Origin: a virus
IMG/VR virus record: IMGVR_UViG_3300021371_000004
Span: 1 to 64,000 of that record
Length of the DNA: 64,000 nucleotides
Reading direction: 5' to 3' (one strand)
Under the pieces are notes generated by a model. It searched no databases and was not told the DNA's origin. It saw only the letters and a list, made by a program, of their open reading frames with translations. The translations under genes and the position numbers were made by a program. Below, in pieces: positions 44,595 through 54,599 of the stretch (position 1 is the first letter of the stretch; every line of letters starts with the position of its first letter).

Positions 44595-45484
44595 TATACG
44601 ATATCTCCGAATGGATTCTGCTCAGAAAAGTCTAAGAACTCCAAGGCAGAAACGTCGAATGAAGTGACATTGCCATCGGCACCACCAGGACTTGCTGGTT
44701 GAATCTCCTGCAACTCTTCAACGAGAGTTGGGGTAGCGGAAACACCAGACTCATCCCCCACTACAGCAACAGCAGGAGTCAGTGCCCTATATTCGCCGGT
44801 GTTGTTACCGACATGTGCAAGGTACAACTCATTATCCATAGAGTTGACAACCTTTCCGGTCACAACATGGTCTGCGTGGGTCTGTGTGATTGTTTCGCCT
44901 TTAATAAACCCAGCAGAAGTATCCATGGTCAACTTGTATTGGTACGCTGCAAATTCTTCTATGTCGTCTATCTCAGGAACACCAGTATCGAAATCAGCAT
45001 TAGTGTATTCAAACAATTCACAATTCATTCTGAACAGTGGTAGTTTACCCAACTGGTAGAATGGGTTCTCGTCCTCAACCTTCATTATCTCGAAAGTTGA
45101 ACCGCTGAGAGGGACGTGAATCAGATCCCCTTCCCTCGGTCTGTAGTATTTTTCTTCTTCCGTTTCTTGGTGCTTTCGTATCTCGTTGTTCCATCTTCGG
45201 CGTGCCATAAGCAGGGTTGCTGCGTCACGAATCTCTACGCCAAACTTGGAGAATAAATCTCCGTCACCATCAAACCCTTCAATGTTTTCGAGGTAGACTT
45301 CTATCCTGTATGCATATGCGAATCGAGACAATTCCTCGTCATTGAAAATCATATCACGGGAAACAACCTCGCGAGGCAGATAGTATATGTCTGTACCGAA
45401 AAACTTGAGAGACTCTACGATTATGTCTTCGTAGAGGTTCTGCTCGGAGAGAACATTGTGCCGGAAATGTCGGGAAGTCGCCAT
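44594..45484 (-). CDS. gp14: Neck protein
   Basis: EQNLYEDIIVES, YYLPRE, SKFGVEIRD, RPREGDLI, CELFEY, DFSEQNPFG. Confidence 0.95.
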   Translation of the reverse strand: MATSRHFRHNVLSEQNLYEDIIVESLKFFGTDIYYLPREVVSRDMIFNDEELSRFAYAYRIEVYLENIEGFDGDGDLFSKFGVEIRDAATLLMARRRWNNEIRKHQETEEEKYYRPREGDLIHVPLSGSTFEIMKVEDENPFYQLGKLPLFRMNCELFEYTNADFDTGVPEIDDIEEFAAYQYKLTMDTSAGFIKGETITQTHADHVVTGKVVNSMDNELYLAHVGNNTGEYRALTPAVAVVGDESGVSATPTLVEELQEIQPASPGGADGNVTSFDVSALEFLDFSEQNPFGDIV

Positions 45485-45485
45485 A

Positions 45486-46247
45486 TCAACCTACGAAGAA
45501 GTCGGGTGGTACTTCTTGCTCCAACCGCATCCGCTCACGTAACTCGGTTATCTCGGTCTTTGCTTCTTCGAGTATCTGACGACCAGAAATGGTAATACCT
45601 CCAGGTAACTGCATGCCTTCAAACTTGGACATGTTCTGACCCCACTGCTCTTTAATCAAGGCAGTCGTGAAGTCTTTAACGAACATGTCGTTCCAGACAG
45701 ATGAGTTGGTATCTGGATCAACTGTTTGATAGACTTCAAAGGCAACGTGTTTGCCTTCGGTCAACTGTCCATCTTCTATATCGCTGTGCAAGAATATCTT
45801 GTTTGCTCGTCGAGCAAAAGTTATTAAAGGGAGTCCATTGATCTTCATGTCAAGCAGTGCCATATGTTGACGAGTCTGCTCCATATATGCCATACCACCA
45901 GTGCCATACATACCGCTCATATTATGCATATCGCTCATTGCCAATTGGTATTGGAAAGAGAAGAAGTTTGAACTTTGTATGAGAGCATTCGATACAGGAA
46001 ACATCTTTGTAACATATAAGATGTTGTCTGGTATAGTGATGTACTTATTCGCGATATCGGTTGAAGTCATCTGGTATTCATAGTATGCGCGCATAGTGGC
46101 ATCGCCATGAAACTCTTGGTAGACCTGTAGAGCATCGTCAACCTTATCTTCTATCTGGTCTTCATCAACGTTTATCTCGATAACGGGTTCGCCCAGTCTT
46201 CGGAGACTATAGTCTATCAGACCCTGCCTTGATGTTATTACTGCCAT
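45486..46247 (-). CDS. gp13: Neck protein
   Basis: LRRLGEPVIEINV, LIKEQWGQN..KF.GMQLPGG, PPDFFVG. Confidence 0.96.
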   Translation of the reverse strand: MAVITSRQGLIDYSLRRLGEPVIEINVDEDQIEDKVDDALQVYQEFHGDATMRAYYEYQMTSTDIANKYITIPDNILYVTKMFPVSNALIQSSNFFSFQYQLAMSDMHNMSGMYGTGGMAYMEQTRQHMALLDMKINGLPLITFARRANKIFLHSDIEDGQLTEGKHVAFEVYQTVDPDTNSSVWNDMFVKDFTTALIKEQWGQNMSKFEGMQLPGGITISGRQILEEAKTEITELRERMRLEQEVPPDFFVG

Positions 46248-46272
46248 TGGTTTACCCTTCGAAGTTTAGTTC

Positions 46273-46280
46273 TATTTATA
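46273..46280 (-). promoter_or_regulatory. T4-type late promoter (gp13)
   Basis: TATAAATA. Confidence 0.8.
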
Positions 46281-46285
46281 CCATC

Positions 46286-46774
46286 TCAGAAGTTGTGTAT
46301 AGATTTCTGCATATTTTCATATAGAATTCCTGTTTCGAATTCCTTCTTGGTGTAGCACCAGCGTAATAAAGAAACACCCTGATTCGTTATGGTTTCGGTG
46401 GTTCCGGCAGCACCGCCATTTATGTCTATTAGTATTCTTCTAACCTTTGGTTCCCCCTCCTTTATAAAAGAAAAGACTGAATCGTACCCAAGGGTTTCAA
46501 AAATCCAGTGGAAAGTTCTATAGATGTGCATATTGCGCAGGGTTCGCCTTTGTTCTTTGTCGAGACCAGAATCCAATGCAGGACGCCAATTGGCGATTGA
46601 TTTTAATTCGCAGGAGTTTTCTGGTTCACTGGTGATCATCGCTAAATGAAACACTTCTTCATTTAACATACTGACAAAGTATTTGTCACAGACCCAGTGA
46701 TCTAAGTTATGGTTCTGCGCCTTGAGTATCTTTAACCCATTTTCATCCCAATCATTATGAAAGAATTTGATCAC
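46286..46774 (-). CDS. Hypothetical protein
   Basis: 162-aa ORF, GTGA-coupled to upstream gene. Confidence 0.65.
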   Translation of the reverse strand: MIKFFHNDWDENGLKILKAQNHNLDHWVCDKYFVSMLNEEVFHLAMITSEPENSCELKSIANWRPALDSGLDKEQRRTLRNMHIYRTFHWIFETLGYDSVFSFIKEGEPKVRRILIDINGGAAGTTETITNQGVSLLRWCYTKKEFETGILYENMQKSIHNF

Positions 46775-48201
46775 TCTCCGATTAAATCCAGACCTTTATA
46801 TATTTCAAAGACCGGATCTTTTCCTTTGAGAATCTGCTGCACCCGTTCGCCCCCTATATACACACCAGTCGATTTCCTTGTCAATATCAGGGCAGCGAAG
46901 AAAATCCCTTTATCGGAAGGTCCAGATAACCCAGTTCCAAGATACTGCCTAATACTGGTGTGGTCTACGGTTGCAGCAGTTGTATAGGTCACATCCCCTC
47001 CTGTTCCAGAACCGAAGTCGACGGTGGCCACGCCCCATTTATCTAACCTTGCTGCAGATACGTCCGAGGTGCTGGTGGATGACCCATGCCCAGAAGACCA
47101 AGTGCCTCCTTGTGCGACGCTACCTTTTTGAAATAGAATTGATTGCCCATAATCTTGGTCCATCGAGTTTACGCTTCCGTCGCCATCTTCTGATGTATGG
47201 ATCATCCCGATAACCGCAGCGTCATAACCATTTCTCAGATATTGTGGTGCTGTGGTAACCTGTTTAGTAAGTTCCGCTCCTGTCATACTATCTGTGACAA
47301 GGTTGATGTTTTCGGGGTCTTCTAACTCTATAGAAACCGCTGTTATAGTGAAGGATGATGCAACCAATCCATCCCCAACTTCGTCAACGACAAATTCACC
47401 GGTGCCAAAAGAGGATACTTCCAATGAATTTTCTTGTGTGGGGGTCACGGAATATTTTGGGTTTCCACAGATAGCATTATCAAATATTCCGCCGATGGGT
47501 CGGGGAGTATTCAGACCAGATGGAGATTGACTACAAAGCGCATACTGTTTTAGTGTGGTCCCTTGATGCATACCAGCAATGCCGAACGAATAAGTGGCGT
47601 CGTCCCCGCCAGTCGTGGCAGTGTTAACTGCCATAGTGCTGACGGCAAATAGTAGGTTTGGGTTGCAAGAAGAATTAACAAGTGAGTGGGTGTGCGGAAA
47701 CGAAGACATGGTTGCCGTGCTCAGAGAATCTAGGCTGGTGGATTTTATACCGTCACCGCCCAAAGCAATGACGTTGAGTTCAATCGCAGTTCCCTGATCA
47801 TCAGGAGTTATTGTTATGCCACCAGATATCGCAGTGACAAGTCCACTACAACTCAGGGAACCTCCGGAGCTGCTCAGAATCCAATAGGACAACTTACCAG
47901 CGTTTGCTGGCGCGAAAAAATTCGGGTATCCGTTTGAGGTGTCGCTGAAACCTTGATTATGCTCTTCATGAACCCAATGGCATACTGGGTTGGCGAATGC
48001 AGTTCCTTCATCGCACCAAATTGCTAGTGATTGCGAATTCCTGGACTGAGTCTGCTGAGCAGTTGATGGTGCCTTGAATGCATGTACTATCAAAACCTTT
48101 GGGGTTTCGGTTCCAAAGGCGGCAGAAGTTAAACTCGTTTCAGAATAAGAAGTAGTGACCCTTGCGCGAAACACATGAGAGAGTATTTGTTTCTGTGCCA
48201 A
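46771..48201 (-). CDS. Putative virion fibre/adhesin protein
   Basis: 476 aa, G/S/T-rich, beta-type composition, in late structural block. Confidence 0.55.
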   Translation of the reverse strand: MAQKQILSHVFRARVTTSYSETSLTSAAFGTETPKVLIVHAFKAPSTAQQTQSRNSQSLAIWCDEGTAFANPVCHWVHEEHNQGFSDTSNGYPNFFAPANAGKLSYWILSSSGGSLSCSGLVTAISGGITITPDDQGTAIELNVIALGGDGIKSTSLDSLSTATMSSFPHTHSLVNSSCNPNLLFAVSTMAVNTATTGGDDATYSFGIAGMHQGTTLKQYALCSQSPSGLNTPRPIGGIFDNAICGNPKYSVTPTQENSLEVSSFGTGEFVVDEVGDGLVASSFTITAVSIELEDPENINLVTDSMTGAELTKQVTTAPQYLRNGYDAAVIGMIHTSEDGDGSVNSMDQDYGQSILFQKGSVAQGGTWSSGHGSSTSTSDVSAARLDKWGVATVDFGSGTGGDVTYTTAATVDHTSIRQYLGTGLSGPSDKGIFFAALILTRKSTGVYIGGERVQQILKGKDPVFEIYKGLDLIGE

Positions 48202-48220
48202 AATGTATCTCCATCATTTA

Positions 48221-48499
48221 TTATGTTAAAAAGTACATCGTGTCACTATCAACTGAAGATCCGAACACGAGCAACACGTACTCGGTTGCAGTTAAAACCT
48301 GAACTTTGTCGGGTTGGTCGCTGGCAGAGCTTGCTGCGTTATTCACTTCGACAAGATTCTTCGTGGCATACTTTGCGTCCCAGCGGGAGTCAACTTCCGC
48401 CGAGTCTTGTATTTCATTATTCAGGTTCGTGAAGTTATCATCGACCTCATCATGAGTGAGGGGTGAACCCTTACCGGATCTCAATGTGATGTTGGCCAT
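48221..48499 (-). CDS. Small fibre-associated structural protein
   Basis: ITLRSGKGSPLTHDEVDDNFTNLN, a fibre N-terminal-type motif. Confidence 0.65.
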   Translation of the reverse strand: MANITLRSGKGSPLTHDEVDDNFTNLNNEIQDSAEVDSRWDAKYATKNLVEVNNAASSASDQPDKVQVLTATEYVLLVFGSSVDSDTMYFLT

Positions 48500-48525
48500 T
48501 ATTGATTACCTCAATTTAAGCATGG

Positions 48526-48552
48526 AAAGAAGATGGGGTGCGATGCACCCCA
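48526..48552 (-). terminator. Probable terminator hairpin
   Basis: TGGGGTGC-ATC-GCACCCCA followed by TCTTCTTT. Confidence 0.6.
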
Positions 48553-48573
48553 GAGTAGTGATCCTACTTCTTC

Positions 48574-48951
48574 TTATGCTGGAGCTTCGTACGTGAGGGC
48601 AGAGATACTGATCGTGTCTCCGCCGCCAATAGCAGTAGAAGACAGGATAATGTCTCCGCCGCCACCAGTTGCAGTTACATCTCCTTGGAATATAATATCT
48701 GTTCCATTACTGGCCTTGGCTACGAACTTTGTCACAGTTCCAGGATTACAAGAGTCGTCTGCTGTGATCGCAGCTGCGGTAGCAATTCCCGCGCCTGCAG
48801 TTCCTGCAGCATCGAAAGCAGTGGCGGAAAACGTTAGTGTTGCGACCTCCGCGTCGCCAGATGTTAGGAATTCAATTGTTCCACCATCCAGTTGTTCGAC
48901 CACGTGGTCTGCAATACCATTACGGATTGCGGTTGGGTGAGTTACTGCCAT
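48574..48951 (-). CDS. Putative virion structural protein
   Basis: A/G/T-rich 125 aa; AGGAG SD; followed by terminator. Confidence 0.7.
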   Translation of the reverse strand: MAVTHPTAIRNGIADHVVEQLDGGTIEFLTSGDAEVATLTFSATAFDAAGTAGAGIATAAAITADDSCNPGTVTKFVAKASNGTDIIFQGDVTATGGGGDIILSSTAIGGGDTISISALTYEAPA

Positions 48952-48952
48952 T

Positions 48953-49129
48953 TTACTTCTCCTTGATTATAGAATCACTATTTTTATTTGCGTTCGATTG
49001 TTCGAACGACTTGAGTTGCTCTTCGGAAACAGGAACATCAATTTGGACCTCTTCCTTTGTACCGTTTTTACGAACGATTGTAGCAGTCCCAGTAAGTTTT
49101 CCAAAACTGCCCTTCGCTTCTGTACCCAT
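48953..49129 (-). CDS. 58-aa late protein (not in ORF track)
   Basis: MGTEAKGSFGKLTGTATIVRKNG...; fills gap exactly; GGAG and TATAAATA directly upstream. Confidence 0.5.
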   Translation of the reverse strand: MGTEAKGSFGKLTGTATIVRKNGTKEEVQIDVPVSEEQLKSFEQSNANKNSDSIIKEK

Positions 49130-49137
49130 TATTTATA
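49130..49137 (-). promoter_or_regulatory. T4-type late promoter
   Basis: TATAAATA. Confidence 0.7.
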
Positions 49138-49150
49138 CTCCTTTGAATCC

Positions 49151-49513
49151 TCAATCAAATTTAGTTACACTTCGAGAAACTATAAGGTTGCCCTCAAGTA
49201 CTCTCTCAACTGTAGTTAGTCCAGTTCCTTGATCGACAAACTCGACCTCGAGGTCATAGACATACCTTCTTCGGGACATAGAATCTGTTTGCGTGTTCGT
49301 CAACATGAACTCAAACATTCCCTCGGACAGCGGAGGCAACAAACTTGTGGTGAATGATACAGAGTCGCTTGAGTCTGCATCATAACTCCTGTTTGCCCTG
49401 CCCCTGACTGTATATCCGGTAAGGTCCCTTGGCGTCCCATCCGAGGACAACATCTTGACCTGCCACTTAATGTCGGATCCTTGGTCAACTTCTAAATCTT
49501 CGTACTGTGCCAT
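49151..49513 (-). CDS. Ig-like/BppU-N-like structural adaptor protein
   Basis: DQGSD, DLTGYT, LT..QT, RYVYDLEV, RVLEG...VS..VT. Confidence 0.7.
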   Translation of the reverse strand: MAQYEDLEVDQGSDIKWQVKMLSSDGTPRDLTGYTVRGRANRSYDADSSDSVSFTTSLLPPLSEGMFEFMLTNTQTDSMSRRRYVYDLEVEFVDQGTGLTTVERVLEGNLIVSRSVTKFD

Positions 49514-49540
49514 TGTAGATTCAATCTCTTGTTTGTTATC

Positions 49541-49548
49541 TATTTATA
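49541..49548 (-). promoter_or_regulatory. T4-type late promoter
   Basis: TATAAATA. Confidence 0.75.
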
Positions 49549-49555
49549 CTGGGTT

Positions 49556-52500
49556 TTATTCTACGTCAGAAACTCTACAGTTTATCGATCTTATTTTCTG
49601 CTTTCTAATATCTATGCTTCTCGAAACCTTTCTGCTAATGATTGTTCGGGTGTCCTTCTTCTTAACAACCATTTTCTTGCTGAGAGGGATATCTCTATTC
49701 TGGCGAAGGACTTCCAAGGCAGCACTTATCTCAGAAGAAGATGCCACCAAGGAACCGGATGCTGTAACTTCTTTCTCGAAGAAGGGTGTTACAACAACTA
49801 CAGAGTTTCCTGCTTGGGCATTACCTACCCCAGACACCACCCTCTCGGAAGAACCGGAAGATTGCGCATCACCACAGATAAGGACACCGCCAGCAACCAA
49901 AACCTTACTGGCAGAACCAGTAACAGAAGAATTTTGGGAAACTGATTCGCCGGAACCAGAAACCGCCCTCTCAGATACACCAACAACGGAGGATTCTTCA
50001 GAAACAATCTCGCCTTGTCCCTGTCCAGAGATCGCAGCAGAGATGTCAGAATTCGATGTTTGTAAAGAAGCACTCTCTGAGACGACAGTTCTTTCGGTGT
50101 CCGCGTTAGCAACAGAAGATTGAGCAGATAATTCGACTAGGGCAGTGACGACAGACCTTTCTCCGTCACCAGCAACTACAACCAATCCGATCTCTTCTGC
50201 GGTCAGGTCTGTATCTATTCCCACCACAGTTCTGTTTGCTGTAGAGGAAACAGACGAACTACCAGAAACAACGTTTGAATCGGAAGTTATTATCCTTTCA
50301 GCAGATGAGGCAACTTGGGAATTTTGAGAAGATAGTGCTACTGAGGTTCTTAATTCTCTCTCGGTAACAACGTTGACCTGCGAACCAACAACTTCTAACT
50401 CGCCCGAAGATACCACAGAGCGTTCTGCTGAACCCGACAAATTAGATTGTTGAGAAACAAGTTCTTGCGGTGGGTTTACTCCTAAATTTTCTCTTTCCGC
50501 AACTCCGGAAACTCCGGAAACTTGGGATTGAATATCGGCAGATATAGAATTAACAGTTCGCCCAACAGAAGCGGTAGCAATTGCATCTGTCGGTTGAATA
50601 GAAACAGAAGGGGATATTACCCTCTCTGCGACGCCAGAAACAATATTCTCTGGCGTTACTATAAAATCAGAAGTTCCATCTTGGGTGATGACCCTCTCCG
50701 CTACTGCGGAAACCGAGGAATTTCCTGTAACTATTTCTTGCGGTGGGTCTATGCCCAACGATTCTCTTTCTGCAACACCAGATACTTCGGAAACTTGTGA
50801 TTCGATTTGGGGTGAAGTTACTCGACCAATGTTCGAGGTTTCTGTAACAACAGAAGAACCAGCAGAAGGAGATTCAACAAGAACAATAGTTCTTTTACCA
50901 ACGCCAACAATCTCTGAATCGGTCGTAGTGGAGACGGAGGTTGTGGTGGAATTGGTTAGTGCGCTTGGGAAACCAGAAATTGCATCCCCTGCTGCGATAT
51001 TGGCGGCATCGTCGAACCCTTCAGTAAGCAGTATCCAACGAGACACGCCTATGTCTGGGTCCGTTGAGTACACTATAATGTTATACTCACTGCCATCTAT
51101 TCTCTGCCAAACAGAGAAACCTGCGCCCGAGACATATGTCGGGGTGTCGTCATACTCTACAGTAAACTGTACACCTTCTACAAGGTCGTATCTACCGTTT
51201 CTACCAGACGCCAGTCCGGTCAAGACAATTGTGTCGCCTTCATAGTTGATGTTAGAACTAGATTGAGGTATGTTAAGCGGTTCACCGACACCTTCCTCTA
51301 GAACAATAATACGCTCGGCAACACCGGAAGAAATATGAGCGGTGTTTGGTCGTATTTCTATGGGTTCCGCAGAATGTATTTGTTGGACGGAAGCATCTGA
51401 TGTGGTCAGATCCGCCGATGTCGTATAAGATCTGTTGGCGGAGACGGATATTCCCGAGGGTTGGACTTCTACATCACCCGAACCAGAAACAGTCCGATCT
51501 ACATCAGCAGATATTGTCGATGATTGCGACTGAATATCTGCCGAAACCTCAACAACGGTTCTTAGTGCAGATGCAACAACCTCAGATTCTCCGGAGACGG
51601 TCGATCCTCTTGCGAGTTTACCAGATATAATGTCAACTTCTATTGTCGAATTATCTGCTTGAATGCTCGCGTCAATGGAATTAGAAGTTCTGAATCCAAC
51701 GGATACTACCTGCGATTCAGAAACTTCTAAATCCGCGTCACCATTAAACGCCCATTCTGCTGTTCCTGTGACGATAGAATCGCCTGTAACTATTTCTTGC
51801 GGTGGGTCTATACCCAACAATTCTCTTTCCGCAAGTCCATCTACAGAGGATCCTTCTGTTTCTATATTACCAGAACCAGTGATATTCCTTTCAGAGACAC
51901 CAGATAAATTAGAACCAGATGTTTCTAAAGAAACAGAGGATATTATTCCTCTTTCACCAGTACCAGTAGAAACAGACTCTGCGTTTTCTATTGAAACTGT
52001 AGAACGGATTTCCCTCTCAGCAGTACCGGAAGAAAGGTTTTGTTCCGTTGGTCTTATAGAGATTGCTTCGGAAGTTATTAACCTAGTGGCAGAACCGTCG
52101 ACCGAAACAGAATTTGCTTCGAGGGTTGCTTCAGGAGAGACAATTGTTCTCTCTGCTAGAGAAACTATGGATGATTCTGAAGAAGTCAATTCTGCCTGTA
52201 TCGAATTCACTGTACGTCCGACAGTTGCTTCGACTTCGGAAGGCGAGGTTTGTTCTACACCAGAACCAACAACCACAATTCTTTCGCCAACCCCTGCAAC
52301 AACGGCGAGACCGATCTCTTCTGCTGTTAAGTCTGCCTCTATTGCAATGACAGTCCTAGAAACAGAAGATGATACTATGCTATTGCTGACAGTGTCTAGC
52401 GTCGATTGTACAGAAACAACTGTCCTCTCTGCTGTGCCAGATGTTTCTGAACTACCTGCTTCCAAGGAAGAAGATTGTTGCACGACAGTCCGTTCAGATG

Positions 52501-53914
52501 TTCCCGAGGCAGAAGAATTTGTCGTGATGTCGCCTTGTGCGGTGACCTCTCTTTCAGACAATCCAACCGATTCCGATTCACCTGTTACCAGGGATCCTTG
52601 TGCAGTAAGTTCTCTTTCAGAAGTACCGGAGATAGAAGAAGAACCAATTGAGATAGAAATCGATTCAGTCGGTATTATCCTCTCAGAAACCCCAGATATT
52701 TCGGATGAAGAAGATACCAAGGTTCCGGTTGCTGGGTTTATTCTTTCAACGTTTCCGGATACAGAAGACTCCCCCGTAACCATACCGCCTGATACATTGA
52801 TCGTTCTCTCTGCTGTACCAGAAGCAGCGGAGGGTTGTGCAGAAAGGGTCTGTGTAACTCCTCCCTCTTCAACCTCTCTTTCAGCAATGCCAGAAATAAC
52901 CGAGGAAGCGGAAGTTAGTGTACCCGAAGAAGTTGAGTGCCTTTCGCTGGAGGAAGATAACTCAGAAGACTGAGACTGTATGGTTCCTGTGCCAGTTATC
53001 TCGTTCTCAGAAATACCAGCGACAGAAGAAGCAGAGGATTCTATTGTTCCTGTGCCAGTTATCTCATTCTCAGAAACGCCAGAGACAGAAGAAGCAGAGG
53101 ATTCTATTGTTCCTGTGGCGTCTATCTGTCTTTCAGAAGCACCTGAAACGGATGATACAGGTGCACCTAAAGTCCCAGTGCCGGTTATCTCGTTCTCAGA
53201 AGTACCAGTGACAGAAGAAGCAGAGGATTCTATGGTTCCAGTGGCATCTATCTGTCGTTCAGAAGCGCCAGTGGCAGAAGAAGCAGATAAGACTAAAGTC
53301 CCGCTTGCAGAAAATTCTTGAGTAGCATCGAGAGTTGCCGAGACAGTTATCGAAGAAGCAGAGGATTCTAAGGTTCCAGTACCAGTTATCTCGTTCTCAG
53401 AAATACCAGCGACAGAAGAAGCAGAGGATTCTATGGTTCCGGTGCCTGTTATCTCATTCTCAGAAGTACCAGTGACAGAAGAAGCGGAAGCAGTTAAGGT
53501 TCCTGTGCCAGTTATCTCGTTCTCAGAAATACCAGTGACAGAAGAAGCGGATAAGACTAAAGTCCCGCTTGCAGAAAATTCTTGAGTAGCATCGAGAGTT
53601 GCCGAGACAGTTATCGAAGAAGCAGATGAGACTAAAGTCCCAGTGCCTGTTATCTCATTCTCAGAAGTACCAGTGGCAGAAGAACTGGACGCTTCTATGG
53701 TTCCTGTGGCATCTATCTGTCGTTCAGAAGTACCGGAGACATCAACTTGTCCCGCCCCTAACGTGCCTGATCCAGAACGAATAACCTCGGTTGTAGAACC
53801 AACCGTTGCTTCTTGACTAGAAACTTCGCAGGACAGTTCTTGGGTACTGACTGCATATCCAGCAACAACGTATCCGTCAACAGCGTATCTGGTAATTGTG
53901 GAAGATGATGCCAA
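49556..53914 (-). CDS. 1452-aa Ser/Thr/Gly/Glu-rich repetitive (fibre/mucin-like) protein
   Basis: Dozens of ~21-24 aa repeats such as SASSVTGTSENEITGTGTIES; one globular insert; basic C-terminus. Confidence 0.8.
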   Translation of the reverse strand: MASSSTITRYAVDGYVVAGYAVSTQELSCEVSSQEATVGSTTEVIRSGSGTLGAGQVDVSGTSERQIDATGTIEASSSSATGTSENEITGTGTLVSSASSITVSATLDATQEFSASGTLVLSASSVTGISENEITGTGTLTASASSVTGTSENEITGTGTIESSASSVAGISENEITGTGTLESSASSITVSATLDATQEFSASGTLVLSASSATGASERQIDATGTIESSASSVTGTSENEITGTGTLGAPVSSVSGASERQIDATGTIESSASSVSGVSENEITGTGTIESSASSVAGISENEITGTGTIQSQSSELSSSSERHSTSSGTLTSASSVISGIAEREVEEGGVTQTLSAQPSAASGTAERTINVSGGMVTGESSVSGNVERINPATGTLVSSSSEISGVSERIIPTESISISIGSSSISGTSERELTAQGSLVTGESESVGLSEREVTAQGDITTNSSASGTSERTVVQQSSSLEAGSSETSGTAERTVVSVQSTLDTVSNSIVSSSVSRTVIAIEADLTAEEIGLAVVAGVGERIVVVGSGVEQTSPSEVEATVGRTVNSIQAELTSSESSIVSLAERTIVSPEATLEANSVSVDGSATRLITSEAISIRPTEQNLSSGTAEREIRSTVSIENAESVSTGTGERGIISSVSLETSGSNLSGVSERNITGSGNIETEGSSVDGLAERELLGIDPPQEIVTGDSIVTGTAEWAFNGDADLEVSESQVVSVGFRTSNSIDASIQADNSTIEVDIISGKLARGSTVSGESEVVASALRTVVEVSADIQSQSSTISADVDRTVSGSGDVEVQPSGISVSANRSYTTSADLTTSDASVQQIHSAEPIEIRPNTAHISSGVAERIIVLEEGVGEPLNIPQSSSNINYEGDTIVLTGLASGRNGRYDLVEGVQFTVEYDDTPTYVSGAGFSVWQRIDGSEYNIIVYSTDPDIGVSRWILLTEGFDDAANIAAGDAISGFPSALTNSTTTSVSTTTDSEIVGVGKRTIVLVESPSAGSSVVTETSNIGRVTSPQIESQVSEVSGVAERESLGIDPPQEIVTGNSSVSAVAERVITQDGTSDFIVTPENIVSGVAERVISPSVSIQPTDAIATASVGRTVNSISADIQSQVSGVSGVAERENLGVNPPQELVSQQSNLSGSAERSVVSSGELEVVGSQVNVVTERELRTSVALSSQNSQVASSAERIITSDSNVVSGSSSVSSTANRTVVGIDTDLTAEEIGLVVVAGDGERSVVTALVELSAQSSVANADTERTVVSESASLQTSNSDISAAISGQGQGEIVSEESSVVGVSERAVSGSGESVSQNSSVTGSASKVLVAGGVLICGDAQSSGSSERVVSGVGNAQAGNSVVVVTPFFEKEVTASGSLVASSSEISAALEVLRQNRDIPLSKKMVVKKKDTRTIISRKVSRSIDIRKQKIRSINCRVSDVE
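52975..53740. repeat. Coding tandem repeats (~63-bp unit) with a duplicated longer block
   Basis: Recurring gttatctcgttctcagaa..ccag.gacagaagaagc; block gactaaagtcccgcttgcagaaaattcttgagtagcatcgagagttgccgagacagttatcgaagaagcaga occurs twice. Confidence 0.9.
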
Positions 53915-53948
53915 GATGATTCCTAAGAATAAGAAAGACTGAACTTAT

Positions 53949-54599
53949 TTAGGACTCAGAAATTTCCTCGATCAACATCTCTGCCATTTGTTTTCCTGAT
54001 TCGTCTCCGTTGAAAACGAACGCGACCGTAGAACGCAGGCAGTTTGTTCTTGCAGCGTGGTACAGTACTTTATCCGGTTCATCATAAGATCCATAATAAC
54101 CAAACTTACACTGCCAACCCTTAACGTCTGGGGTCACCACATGCTCCTTCGTCGCAGGATCCATATGCTCAAAATATCCATCTCCTGTTTCAGACCAAGT
54201 GAACAGGACATTGTACCCAGGAGCATTTGCATTTGTGTGCCAAGAGATGTATCCACCAGGAGGATAGACTGCTGCCAACGCGTTGTTTCTCGCATTCGCC
54301 CAAGATTGCAGACTTTCTACGAAACTTTCGAAGGAAGATGTGGTGCTTTGCCAAAGTTCCTGATTATTTGTAGAGAAACCTTTAGAGGAAATGTCAACGC
54401 CCAATAACTTTTCTGGGAACCCATCATGTGCTGTGGAACGATAGATAATTTGTTCCCTATATTTTTCACCACACCAACGTTCAACTTCTCCCATCCCACC
54501 GCAAAGGTTAACTTGATCAAAATCTATGTTGTGGAATGTGGGAACAATTGATTCGAGAAGTTCTATAAGTTCTTCATTTTTTATCGGAATATTTCTCAC
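53949..54599 (-). CDS. 2OG-Fe(II) oxygenase-fold protein
   Basis: YPPGGYISWHTN (HxN in place of HxD), LYHAA, distal R (CLRSTVAF). Confidence 0.7.
   Translation of the reverse strand: MRNIPIKNEELIELLESIVPTFHNIDFDQVNLCGGMGEVERWCGEKYREQIIYRSTAHDGFPEKLLGVDISSKGFSTNNQELWQSTTSSFESFVESLQSWANARNNALAAVYPPGGYISWHTNANAPGYNVLFTWSETGDGYFEHMDPATKEHVVTPDVKGWQCKFGYYGSYDEPDKVLYHAARTNCLRSTVAFVFNGDESGKQMAEMLIEEISES

Noticed and set aside
52975-53740. Regularly spaced DNA repeats resembling a CRISPR array
   Set aside because: Repeats are in-frame coding units without unique spacers; no cas genes.
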